From: Squalus acanthias
Taxonomy: Eukaryota
Assembly: GCA_030390025.1 (NCBI GenBank)
Contig: CM059432.1
Span: forward strand, 75,332,001-75,396,000
DNA: 64,000 nucleotides
Direction of reading: 5' to 3'
The position numbers and the translations under genes were made by a program. Under the pieces are notes generated by a model. It had not been told where the DNA came from. It did not search any database and worked only from the letters and a program-made list of their open reading frames with translations. Shown here piece after piece: positions 12,956-25,400 of this stretch (its first letter is position 1; the number at the start of each line of letters is the position of its first letter).

Positions 12956-13241
12956 CTTTACGCAGCAAACATATGTGGCTGGCACATGGAAATGAGTGTC
13001 TGCACAACCTTCTTAACACACCATACAGCATGTGTACAATAAACTGTGCATTCCTATCACTCTCCCCACCATCACTACAGATGAAAGACGCCCTGAGCCC
13101 TCACTGTGCAACTTCCATTTCTGAGCACACATAGGCCAACTCTTTGAATCTTTGACATCGCATTTCTTTAATACAATTGAAATAACAATGACAAACGTGA
13201 CTTTGTATTGTATCAAAACACCCAAATGACTACCCTTGTGA

Positions 13242-15145
13242 CTATTTGTGTGTTAACTTTCTCTTATGCGTGCTTCTACGTGGTGCTTCCCCTGTGGCTT
13301 CAGCAGATGTAGAGGCAGATTGCTCACTTTTCTGCTGCACCTGCTTAGACGCCTTTGGCAGGCGTTCTCTGGGTTTGGGAGCCTGGGAGGGCTCGGCAAC
13401 AGTCTGCTCCTCCTGTGGCTGTGCAGGGGCTGAGACGGCCATCTCAGTTGGGTGAGGAATCTGGGGCTCTGACCGAGGGCTCCGCAGTGACATGGGAGTG
13501 TAAGCGCTTGGAGAGGAGCCCACACTTTCTTGTTGTCGACCACCAACATTCCTCTCATGGGTCACCCGCACTTCACTGCTAGCAAGTAGCTGGAGAGCAC
13601 CTTGCTGCACATCAGTGGGGCCATGAGGACCCATTTCTGTGCTGACATTCCTCATAACAAGGACACCCATGCACCTTTGGTTTCTCTCCTCAATAGATGC
13701 CCATCTAACCTCCATAGATGACCATCTATTTAGAAAAGTCACCATATTTTGCTGTGTCTGGTGATTTATGTCCTCCATGGAGGTTGCCATCCTTTCCATG
13801 GTGGCAACTACATTCGCCATTGAGTGCACCACGGCATTGCTCATGTTTGTGATGGACTCCTCCATTCTCTGCACACTCGCAGTTACAGTGGTTGCAAACC
13901 CTGTCAGAGACTCCTGCACTTGTTCCTGAAGTTCCAGCACCGCTCTCTTTCTGGATGGCCCCAGAGGCACAAGGTCCACATGCAGCTGAGCAGAGCTAGG
14001 AGCGTCCAGCTCCCTCCGACAAGGACTCTCCTCTGCTGTCGTTATCTCCACCATCTGCTGATGCTCACTTGTAAGCTGTGATTCATCAGGTGACAACATT
14101 AATCTATCTCGCAAAGGACCCACCGAGGTGTGCGTCTCTGCGCTGGTGCTGGGTGCGCTGATTTCTGCTGACGCTGCTCCCTCAGAGGTTGCAGCTTCCT
14201 CTGAGGAGTCTTCCAGCTTTTCCTCCTGGACAGTGGGGAGGGGGGATCTCGATGGTCCTGTGGGGGAGTAAAGGCATGAGTTAGACATGTGATATTTACG
14301 TAGCAGGCACATCGAATTGTGCAGATGATCAGAACTCAATCTGTATGAACATCAGATGCCATATCAGTCACTCATGAAATCTAAATGAGAGGGTTGCAAA
14401 TCTATTCTGTCACCAGCTTGCTCTTCTGCGCCCGTCTCTCCATCACCCACTTCCAGCTCCTCTGCACCTCCGACGATGTCGATAGCAGCCTCCCCAGCGG
14501 TGGTTAAATGCGCCATGGAAGGTGGGCCTCCTCCTGTCCTCCCCCCTCTCCCTCTTATTGTGGGCTCTCTTTTCCTGCAATGAGGGACACAAGTGGAGTT
14601 TGAGCGAGAATGTTGGAGTGATTGTAGAGAATCCATAGCATAGATGCTTAGAGGGAGACAAAGATGGAGTGAGGTGCCTATACCAAGGGCTCCTGTTAGT
14701 TGTTGTCATTGCATAGCAGTGATAGCGAGTGTGAGGGGTGCATAGTAGAATGGTGGAGTGATTCTGTACATAGAGAGAGGGATGGTTAAGGGTGCAAGGG
14801 ATGTAAGGGTAAAGTGGGATGTGCAGGAGTAGGTTGACAATGCAGTGTGCTGGTGATGAGAGGAGATGGGGAGCAGATTGAAGGTAAGTGTGATGTTATA
14901 CTCACTTTTGCTGAGCATAGCAGGTCATTGAACCTTTTCCTGCACTGAACCCAAGTGCGTGCACACTAAGACCTGGCGCTCACCTCCTCATTAATTTGCA
15001 GCCAGGCTGCCTTGGTTTGCTGAGGAGGCTTCCACCGTCCATTGGAGGGAAACAGAACCTCCTTGCGTCCTCTTACTCCCTCCACAAGAGCATGGAGGGA
15101 GTCATCATCAAATTGGGGAGAAGCCTTGGTTCTTGCAGCAGTCAT
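13242..15145 (-). pseudogene. Harbinger Myb/SANT-like gene, 3 exons (15145-14906, 14574-14414, 14257-13242)
   Basis: MTAARTKASPQFDDDSLHALVEGV...VLFP...W; exon 2 EKRAHNKRER...; open last exon ending PRRSTHKRKLTHK; canonical splice sites; exons 1-2 disrupted. Confidence 0.85.
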
Positions 15146-16345
15146 CTCGCAAACAGTACCACTGAGGAGCATCAGAAAGTGAATAAAACCCAAAGGCTGC
15201 ACGGGCTCTTAAATGCAGCTGAATGGAAGACGCCAGCAGAGGCGAGCTGCAGACCCGAACCCACTGATTGGGCCGGGTAACGCGCACGGTGGGCTTAATA
15301 AGCCCAGTTAACTCAAAATCCTTATCGCAGTGCGGCTGAAACCGGCAGTGGGACCGGAACCCGCCGAGCAGCGAATCCGATGGGAACCCGCCTCCGCTGG
15401 CAAAATCCAGCCCTTAGAATAGTACAGCACAGAAGGAGGCCATTCAGCCCATCGAGTCTGCGCCAGCTCTTTCGAAGATCAATCCGGTTAGTCCCACTCC
15501 CCTGCTCTTTCCCCGTAGCCCTGCAATTTTTTCTCCTTCAAGTATTTATCCAGTTCCCTTTTCCCTGTGTTTTTTTCCTCAATCCTTAAATCTCATTGGT
15601 TAAGGAGATACATTGTTGGTCCAGCCGTTCACTAAGGTCCCAGATGCCCTGTTGCCCTCGCCATACCTTTATCAGCTCGCACTTCCAGCAAGTTACGGTG
15701 CAAAGCTTTTTTGAGCTGAAGGGTGCAGGAAGAAATCTTAACTAATGGCACCATGTGAGATGCCCTTCTCCAGCAAAATTTGGTTCCATGTTTTTTTTGG
15801 GGGGTGTGGGGTGGGAGAGGGATCTAACATACTGTTCAATTAAAGCGACGGCAGTACTTACGCACTGAATTAGACGCCCTCGATGACATTTTAAAACAAT
15901 ATATTGACTCATTTGTGGCTCACTCACGAGCCACAGTATAAAGTATAACTTGTATATCTGGAGAGAGCAACAAGCTGATGGGTTAGCAATTTTAGTGAAT
16001 GATTTAGGGATTTGATTAGAAAACACCTAAAAGATTTTCAAAGACAGAGGTAATACACACAGCACTACTTTCATTGCTGCTTTCAGCTTTACACAGAGCC
16101 ATCAACAGTAGGAAATGAATAAGCACTAAATGCACCCAGTAATGCTCAAAGGCTGTTTCTGATAAACAGGTAGTTGGGATTCAGTTCAGGTACTGCTATC
16201 TAATGGTTACTGCTGGGTATTATTTTTTGCTAAGAAACAAGTGATGCAAGTGCTTTGCTAACCTCTATGATACATAAGTTCCTGGCTTATGCAATCCTTC
16301 GTTTTCTTCTAGAAGTATTTAAATGGTGCGGATTATGACTTTTAC

Positions 16346-18094
16346 AGGCTGGATTTTACGAACCTCGGCGGGTCCGTGGTGAGCGATGCCGGTGGCGGGT
16401 CGCGACCCCGCTGCTGTCTCCATCCCGGCCTCTGAAATGAATTTCCCCTGATTGGGATTATTAAGCCTGCCCAGCGCGTTTCCCAGCCAATTAGAGAAAG
16501 TGGGTCTGATGACGTCATTTGATGACGCGTCATCAGTCGGTTTCCTTAAAGGGACCCTGGCCAACTTTCTTTTGACATTTGTGCTGTCAGTGTTCTACAG
16601 CATTGAGGTGCTGCAAACACTGACAAGCACTGCACAGAGGTGCAGGGCTTCACCCAGGCTCTCCCATGAATCCCTCCACAGCATGCAGGGAGGTCCTCTT
16701 CCCTTCCCATGGGCAGAAGAGACCTCCCTAGGAGATCAACACAGCCTTGTTGCACATTGCACTGGAGGGCACAAGCAGGGATGTGGTCAGGAGGACCTGG
16801 GTGCAGTGCCGCAAACCTTTCAATGATCTCAGTGAATCACGAAACGTTAGTACAAAGCCACACTCAACCTCATCCTGCTGTGCCTCTCATCACATCCCTC
16901 ATCACGCTGCCTTCCCTACCCTACTCCTGCACATCCTTACTCACACCAACTTACCTTGCACCTCCACCCATCCCTCTCTATCTACATTAACACATCCCAT
17001 CTCACTAGCCACCCCTCACACTCACCCTCATCTTAGTGCAATCATACCAACTAACAACACACAAGGGTAGGCAGTTGGGTGTTTTATGCAATGTTCATGT
17101 AAAGTTTCTGTTAATGTGGTGTCAAACATTGTAACCTTTATTTTCAACAGTTTGCGTTCTTGGACAGATTTGTGTGCACCTTTGGAAGTGGCTGAGTGAG
17201 TTGCAGTGAATGGTGAGACATAACGGTAGCCCCCGCAATGGTGATGAGTGTGAAAGGAATGGCTTGGTAGGGATGCTTTATGGTGTTGGTGTGATGTGGT
17301 GCCAACCTGGTGCATCATGTGGCAGCCAGGGTGTACCATGTCAAGTGAAGTAAATCTGGCCATGGTGAGGCCATACCTGGTGTCCCGAGCAGCAATGCGG
17401 TTGAGTGCTAATGCCGTGTCCTGTGCAGCATCAGGTGATTGCGGAGAAGGTTGGTGCTGTTGTTGGTGCTGCTGGTGTGCCTGGTGATGCTGGTGTTGGG
17501 GCTGATCGTGGTGGGATTCTGAGGACCAAGGTGAGAGAGTTTCAAGGGCACTCATGCTGATGGAATAGATGGCGAAGGTGAAGTAGAGATGACAGAAGCG
17601 ATCTGTCAATGGTGGGCAAGGTATTGAGGTCAGACTGGATGGAGACTTGTGTAAAGATTTGCAGCATTCTGAATCTGTAGTGTAAATGCAGTTTATGAAG
17701 CTAGTGGCTCAGGAAACATTTCTCAATCAGCTGGGAGCTTTGACTTGACATTTGAAGCTGTCAACTCATCAGCTGATTCAATGGCCACTGACCTCCCGCC
17801 TCAGCTTCACAGACGAGGTCGAGGCACAGCGGGAAACTGGTGGGCGACCTGTCAAATTCAAAAAGCTGGGGAAAAAAAACATTGATAAGTGGCTGTAAAC
17901 AAGCCACTAATGATTTCAATTGCCACCCCTGCTGCTGCGTGTCGGGTCTGCTCAGCGCTGACAGACCCGACATTTGGTAAAGGCACGTGGCGGCGGGTTC
18001 ACAGCGGGGTCCCAACCCGCTGGGGGAAAAAACCCCACTTTCCCACCCGATCTGCCACCGATCGTGCCCTCTGACCCCCCGCAAAATCCAGCCC
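16346..18094. mobile_element. Non-autonomous Harbinger deletion derivative with element-B-type TIRs
   Basis: TIR AGGCTGGATTTT / AAAATCCAGCCC; Myb remnant on + (RRTWVQCRKPFNDL, ~16610-16850); transposase N-terminal remnant on - (QQQHQPSPQSPDAAQ). Confidence 0.82.
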
Positions 18095-18738
18095 TTAGTA
18101 ACAAGCTGACACCGCAAGGTGAGAGCTGTAGCACTATGCTTTAAACTAGTCCCAAAAGGAAATTCAAATGGCATTTTGGTGGTCAGGAAACGAAAGGGCT
18201 CAAAACACAATTAGTGTTTGATCAAACTGCTTGTAGAGATTAAGTTGATCTGCAGTCATGGTGCTTGGAAAAATAACAGGGTGCTTGGAATTAAAGACAG
18301 GGTGTCATGCTGTGTTACCATCATTGATCAGCATTTGAGAAAGAGCTGCAGTCAAGCCTATTTCAAGCTGCAGTACTGGCATTTGGGAGGTGCAAGAAAA
18401 ATACAGTTCGAGACAATTTTGATGCAACATTTAGGCAGCAAATGAAGAGCATATAACATGAAGAAATGGGTTTCCATTTTGAAGGTTCAATTATTTATTT
18501 CTTGAGAAACTTAGTAGAAGAGCCAAGGCCCATGGTATAAACATCAGTAAGCCTGAGAAGACGAGGAATGAAGCTGATGTATTAATCAAGAAGCAAATGG
18601 ATAAAATTGCAGGGCATTGCCTTGGGCTGTTATAATGCACTAGCAAGCAGCTGGTATGAATAAAGTAAAAGCAGACACTTAAGATATAGGTTGCAGTGCT
18701 GCCCTCTCGGCTGGAAAATACTGTGGGACCTCAAGAGT

Positions 18739-19168
18739 GGGGCAACACGGTGGCATAGTGGTTAGCACTGGTGCCTCACAGCGCCAGAGACCCGGGTTCG
18801 AATCTGACCTCGGGTGACTGTCTGTGTGGAGTTTGCACATTCTCCCCGTGTCTGCGTGGGTTTCCTCCGGGTGCTCCGGTTTCCTCCCACAGTCCAAAAA
18901 TGTGTGGGTTAGGTTAATTTGGCTATGATAAATTGACCCTTAGTGTTAGGGGGGATTAAATATGTGGGGTTATGGGGATAGGATGGGATATGTTAGGGGG
19001 AATTAAATACGTGGGGTTACGGGGGTAGGGTGGTATATGTGTACTGTGGGGATTAAAGCAGGGACAGGGTACTGGATTTGGATGATCAGCCATGATCGTA
19101 TTGAATGGCGGTGCAGGCTCGACGGGCCGAATGGCCTACTCCTGCTCCTAGATTCTATGTTTCTATGT
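18739..19168 (+). mobile_element. tRNA-derived V-SINE (HE1-like) with CR1-type 3' tail
   Basis: A box TGGCATAGTGG at 18751, B box GGTTCGAATC at 18795, V-domain GTGGAGTTTGCACATTCTCCCCGTGTCTGCGTGGGTTTCCTCCGGG, tail TTCTATGT repeats. Confidence 0.88.
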
Positions 19169-19891
19169 AAGAGGAGAGGAAGTCTGTGAGAATGACAAAA
19201 ATATACAAAACTGAAGCAACTAAGGGGTTGAAATTCCTTTGTGCATCATCTTTAGTTGACTAGTTAACATATTCACATAAAATTCCTATGTGCTCTATTT
19301 TAACAAAGTCATTATCTTGTATGTTTGAAGTTGATTAATAACTTTCTTCAAGTAGCGCACCCAGGAATTTTACATAAATATATTATTGCGCACATAGGAA
19401 TTTCAACCCAAGTAATAATGTTTGAAAATGACCATGCTGCCCACACAAAAAGACCTTGTGGAATACTTGGAGGACTCCACAAAGAAAGTACAAGTTACCA
19501 CAGTGAAACAGCAGTTGAAGCTATATTATGAGAATTGAAGCATAGCAACTGTTCAATTTTTGCTGTCAGTTTCATGTTTCTGCTCATTCCAATGGGACAG
19601 AGCACAGCTGGTTTTACAAAATTAAAACCAGGTTTAAAACAAACAGTTACAAATGGCAAATAACTTGAAATCAGCAAATAATTTTGAATAGTTAAAAACT
19701 CAGTGATCTAATCTTACACCATCTGATGGAGGCAACTTAATGCAGCTAGAGGCTGAAGAACTCCCAGTCTCTCATGTAGTGTGGAATTAAAGGGATCCAA
19801 TAGTTTGGTTGAGCTGGTTTCCAGTTTCTAATTTTCAACATTTATGTGAAGGTTTCAGATATATGCGCAACAGCTTCAGCTCAAACATCTC

Positions 19892-20092
19892 GGGGGGAAA
19901 ACTTCGGTGTCGCCCCTTTTGGGGCGCTAACATCACCGGGGTGCTAATTTGAGCGCCCTGAAAAAATGAGCACCCCCTCCACACACTTTAAAACTGTGCC
20001 ATTAAGTGTATATTGCCTCTCCCTGTTCCTTCTGCCAAAATGCATCACCTCACACTTCTCTGTATTAAATTCCATCTGCCACTTGTCTGCCC
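19892..20092. mobile_element. Single end of a family-1-like MITE fused to a CR1 RT fragment
   Basis: GGGGGGAAAACTTCGGTGTCGCCCC terminus; minus-strand WQMEFNTEKCEVMHFGR. Confidence 0.65.
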
Positions 20093-20234
20093 TAATCATT
20101 GGATAAACTCGCAGAGCCAACAGAGGAACAATACGCATATTTAATCTGCTGTAAATTAAATGCCCATTGACCAGGTTGCAAAACTAGGTTATGGAAGAAT
20201 TAGTTTTATTCCATTCAAACACTGAAATACTATA

Positions 20235-20500
20235 CATAGAAGTTACAACACGGCAACAGGCTGTTAGGCCAAATCAGTCCGTGTTGGTGTTTACCATCCA
20301 TGTGAACAAATAGTCCTAATCACATTTACCGACCCTGTTCCCATATTTCTTCATTTCCTTTTGCTTCATCCATCTATCCAAGATATTCTTGAATATTGAT
20401 ATAATTTCTGTCTCACTCACTAACCTTGGAAGTAAATTTCACAGCCTCGCAGCTCTGTGTGAAGAATATTCCTCTGCCCTCCGTTATAAATCTCTTCACC
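20235..20500 (-). mobile_element. Old CR1 3' end
   Basis: Degenerate similarity to the other CR1 tails in the window. Confidence 0.5.
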
Positions 20501-20788
20501 CATGAATAATATATGGAAACCCTTATCTAAGTGTAGGGCACAGCTTCAAAGCCACAATCTTCCACTGAGTAAATGCTCCATTTCTCACTATCCAGCACTA
20601 ATAAAGAAAGCATTATTTTTGCACATGCTGTGTGACAAATAGTGTATTTGGAATCTGCAATGATCATAAAGCACTCAAAAGGTTAAGTTGTTGCAGTTGT
20701 ACAGGACACTTAATAAATAGGCACAATATGGAATGTATCTCGTAAGTTAGTTATGTCCGTGCCTCTTATGTGCAGAAAAAAAGACGCT

Positions 20789-21907
20789 GGCCTAGAAATT
20801 CGGATGCGCAGCACCCGTTTTTTTGGGCGCTAACTGTCCTACTAAGGGTCCCAATATGGAGGGTAGGAAGCGCTTGCACATTTCCAGCCAGAAGTGCGAC
20901 GTCCGCCATATTGGATAAGGTGGATACGCTGGTGTCAGGAGTGCATGTCCGGATTATTTAAAGGGAAAATTATTCTTTTTAAATTAGGGTATGCTTCTTG
21001 CAGGACTCGTTGTCAATTTTTGATTGCTCCAGCGCTTCACATGCCACTTGCTGAACTCGCACAGCACAAGGTGGCGCTAACTGGGAGGAAGGCCCCCTCA
21101 CCGGCAATATTTAAATGGTTCACACAGTACTTACAGGTTAGTTGCTGGTTTCTAATTTCAGGCTGCTAGTTAACTTCTGGATATTTTTTGGTGTGTTTTA
21201 TCACTCTGGAAAGTTCACGTTGTCTAAACAAGTGTAGGATTTTACTGGTGTTGCACTTCTTTTGGCTGCGGCCTTGTGTGGTCTGCTGGGCTGCCTTCGG
21301 GGCAGGAGGACGAGGGGTTGCAGCAAGGAAAGACAGCAGAGAGCAGTTGCCAGAAGAGGAAGGAGGAGGAAGGAGGAGGAGGGCACTGCCCAGGAGGCTA
21401 TATCCACAATGGGTCTTCAGGGAGCACGTCTCCTACCTGAACTTCACTGAGGAACAATGCCTCAGGCACCTTCACTTCACCAAGGAGGCTGTCACCGAGC
21501 TATGTCACCTGCTGCAACCACAACTTGAGCCTTGCACCAAGGCATGGACAGCACTGACTGTGGCTGTCAAGGTCACCGGAGCCCTCAACTTTTATGCCAT
21601 GGGTTCTTTTCAGGCTGCAACTGGTGACATCAGCGACATCTCACAGTTCGCAGTACATCAATGTACCAGAGAGGTCCGGAGACTCTCTGGGCCAGGTGAA
21701 ACAGCTACATCTCCATCCCTATGGACAGAGCAAAGCAGGTGAGAGAGCACTGGGCTTTGCCCACATGGCAGGCTTCCCCAAAGTGCAAGGTGCCATAGAC
21801 TGCACACACAAATATTACGTGCTATCTGAATCAATTATAACAGGCACGTGCAGTGCACGCCCGGCCCACTGCACGACTGAATCTGGGCGTGATCGGATTT
21901 CTAGGCC
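20789..21907 (+). mobile_element. Non-autonomous Harbinger (element-A-type TIRs) with 5' transposase fragment
   Basis: TIR GGCCTAGAAATT / GATTTCTAGGCC; VAVKVTGALNFYAMGSFQ and AGFPKVQGAIDCTH. Confidence 0.88.
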
Positions 21908-21934
21908 ACTCTATGCAGCTCTTAAATATCACCA

Positions 21935-22062
21935 AGGGATATGGGGATAGTGTGGAAAGGTGGAGTTGAGGTAGAAGATCAACTATGATCTTATTGAATG
22001 GGGGAGCAGGCTTGAAGGGCCAAATGGCCTACTCCTGCTCCTATTTCTTATGTTCTTATGTT
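21935..22062 (+). mobile_element. CR1 3' tail
   Basis: GGCCTACTCCTGCTCCTATTTCTTATGTTCTTATG. Confidence 0.75.
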
Positions 22063-22449
22063 CACAGAGCTGAAAATCTGTGTGTGGTTGGGAGGGGTGG
22101 GGGGCGGAGGGCTGCATCCCAGGGATGTGCCTGCCAGGAACCTCTACCACTGACCCCAGAAGATTTTCTGTCATCAGACAGAGGTTCCCTACTTTGAATC
22201 TCAATGGTGGGCAACTGCTCCACCATGGAGACATCTCTGGTGCCTGCCTGCCTGCACCTGGAGGTGACAAACCACAATGTACTGTGCCTGTCTGAGGGGG
22301 ATTGTTGCCCCTCCCCCCCCTCACTCACAGAAAGGTGAAAATACTGCCCCTTAGCACTCTTTGTAAGGGGGCTACTTCAAAAATATAAAAAAATGACAAC
22401 CTGAAATCTTTAGAGGTCCAGGCCCTGTTGCCCAACCTGGACCGTGGGT

Positions 22450-25400
22450 GAATAGAGTCATACAGTTATACAGCACAGAAAGAGGCCCTTCGGCCCATCG
22501 TGTCTGTGCCGGCCATCAAGCCCTATCTATTCTAATCCCATTTTCCAGAGCTTGGTCCGTAGCCTTGTATGCTATTGCGTTTCAAGTGCTCATCTAAATG
22601 CTTCTTGAATGTTGTGAGGGTTCCTGCCTCTACCACCCTTTCAGCCAGTGAGTTCCAGATTCCAACCACCCTCTGGGTGAAAAAGTTTTTCCTCAAATCC
22701 CCTCTAAACCTCCTGCCCCTTACCTTGAAACTATGCCCCCTGGTTATTGACCCCTCTACTAAGGGGAAAAGTTCATTTCTATCTACCATATCTATGCCCC
22801 TCATAATTTTGTAAACCTCAATCAGGTGCCCCCTCAGCCTTCTCTGCTCTAAGGAAAACAACCCCAGCCTGTCCAGTCTCTCTTCATAGCTGAAACGCTC
22901 CAGCACAGGTAACATCCTGGTGAATCTCCTCTGCACCCTCTCCAATGCAATCACATCCTTCCTATAGTGTGGCGACCAGAACTGCACACAGTATTCCAGC
23001 TGTGGCCTAACGAACGTTTTGTACAGCTCCATCATAACCTCCCTGCTCTTATATTCTATGCCTCAGCTAATGAAGGCAAGTATCCCATATGCCTTCTTAA
23101 CCACCTTATCTACCTGTCCTGCTGCCTTCAGGGATCTATGTACATGCACACCAAGGTCCCTCTGATCCTCTGTCCTTCCTAGGGTCCTACCATTCATTGT
23201 GTATTCCCTTGCCTTGTTAGTCCTCCCAAAATGCATCACCTCACACTTTTCAGGGTTAAATTCCATTTGCCACTGTTCTGCCCATCTAACCAACCCATCT
23301 ATATCATCCTGTAGCCTGAGGCTTCCCACCTCGCTATTTATCACTCCACCAATTTTCGTGTCATCTGCAAACTTACTGATCATAGCTCCTACATTCATAT
23401 CTAAATCATTAATGTACACTACAAACTGCAAAGGACCCAGCACCGATCCCTGCGGTACACCACTGGACACAGGCTTCTAGTCACAAAAACAACCTTCGAC
23501 CATCACCCTCTGCCTCCTGCCACTAAGCCAATTTTGGATCCAATGTGCCAAATTGCCCTGGATCCCATGGGCTCTTACCTTCTTGACCAGTCTCCCATGC
23601 GGGACTTTGTCAAAAGCCTTACTGAAGCCCATGTAGACTACATCAACTGCACTACCCTCATCCACACACCTAGTCACCCCCTCGAAAAATTCATTCAAAT
23701 TGGTCAGACATGATCTCCCCCTGACAAAGCCATGCAGACTATCCTTGATTAATCCTTGCCTCTCCAAGTGGAGACTAATTCTGTCCTCAGAATTTTTTCC
23801 AATAATTTCCCTACCACTGATGTTAGGCTCACTGGCCTGTAATTCCCTGGTTTATCCCTACTACCCTTCTTGAATAATGGTACTACGTTAGCTGTCCTCC
23901 AGTCCTCTGTTACCTCCCTTGTGGCCAGAGAGGTTCTGAAAATTTGTGTCAGAGCCCCTGCAATCTCCTCCCTTGCCTCACACAGCAGCCGGGGATACAT
24001 CTCGTCTGGGCCTGGGGATTTATCCACTTTTAAGCCCGCTAAAACTGCTAGTACCTCCTCCCTCTCAATGCTAATTTGTTCAAGTATATCACAATTCCCC
24101 TGCCTGATTTCTATGCTTACATCGTCCTTCTCTATAGTGAACACAGATGCAAAATATTAATTTAAAACCTCACCTACATCTTCTGGCTCTACACACAGAT
24201 TGCTACTTTGGCCCCTAATGGGCCCTACTCTTTCCTTGGTTATCCTCTTGCCCTTAATATACTTATAAAACACCTTGGGATTTTCCTTTATTTTGCCCGC
24301 CAGTGTTTTTTCATGCCCCCTCTTCGCTCTCCTACTTTCTTTTTTAAGTACCCCCCTGCACTTTCTATACTCCTCTAGGGCTTCCACTGTTTTTAGTCCT
24401 TTGTATCTGCCAAAAGCCTCCCTTTTTTTCCTAATCCATTCTTGTATATCCCTTGACATCCAGGGTTCCCTGGACTTGTTGGTCCCACCCTTGACCTTTA
24501 CGGGAACATGTTGGCGCTGTACTCTCTCTATTTCCTTTCTGAATGAATCCCACTGCTCTGATGTGGATTTTCCTACAAGTAGCTGATCCCAGTCTACTTT
24601 GGCCAGATCCTGCCATATCATATTAAAATCGTCCTTCCCCCAATTTAGAACCGTTATTTCCGGTCCATCTTTGTCCTTCTCCATGACTACCTTAAATCTA
24701 ACCGAATTATGGTCACTGTCACCAAAATGCTCTACTACTGACACTTCTACCACTTGCCCAGCTACATTCCCTAGAATTAGGTCCAGTACTGCCCCCTCTC
24801 TTGTCGGACTTTCTACATGCTGGCTTAAAAAGCTCTCCTGGATGCACTTTAAGAATTCCGCACCCTCTAAGCCTTTCACACTCTGACTATCCCAGTTAAT
24901 ATTGGGGAAGTTGAAATCCCCTACTATTATTACCCTATTATTTCTACACTTCTCTGAGATTTGCCTACATATCTGTTCCTCTATCTCCCCCTGACTGTTT
25001 GGGGGCCTATAGTACACTCCCAGCAAAGTGCTTGCCCCCTTTTTGTTTTTAAGTTCTATCCATATGGCCTCATTAGAGGAACCTGCTAAGATATCATCCC
25101 TCCTTACTGCAGTAATTGACTCCTTGATTAATATTGCCACACCCCCTCCTCTTTTACACCCCCCTCTGTCTCGCCTGAAGATTCTATACCCCGGAATATT
25201 GAACTGCCAGTCCTGCCCCTCCCTCAACCATGTCTCTGTGATAGCAACAATATCATACTCCCATGTGATCATCAACACCTTCAATTCATCTGCCTTACTC
25301 GCAAGACTCCTTGCATTAAAATAAATGCCATCCAGCCTTGCCATACTCCCATGTGCCGTTACATATTTGCTCTGCCTTCCAGACTGACTTGTTTGTTCCT

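Larger units (their letters stand above)
10479..15413. mobile_element. PIF/Harbinger transposon B, structurally complete
   Basis: TIR GGCCGCAATTTTGCCGGCG / CGCTGGCAAAATCCAGCCC; flanks ATA/TTA; convergent transposase and Myb-like genes; splits a CR1 tail (10468-10478 / 15414-15560). Confidence 0.9.
9217..15787. mobile_element. Old Harbinger-type non-autonomous element split by nested insertions (own parts ~9217-9612, 10305-10467, 15560-15787)
   Basis: Degenerate TIR GGGATGAATCTTGCTGGAAAAG / CTTCTCCAGCAAAATTTGGTTCC. Confidence 0.55.

Noticed and set aside
18739..18815. tRNA gene
   Set aside because: The tRNA-like head continues into a V-SINE body and LINE tail; the same applies to the heads at 47051, 48640 and 54290.
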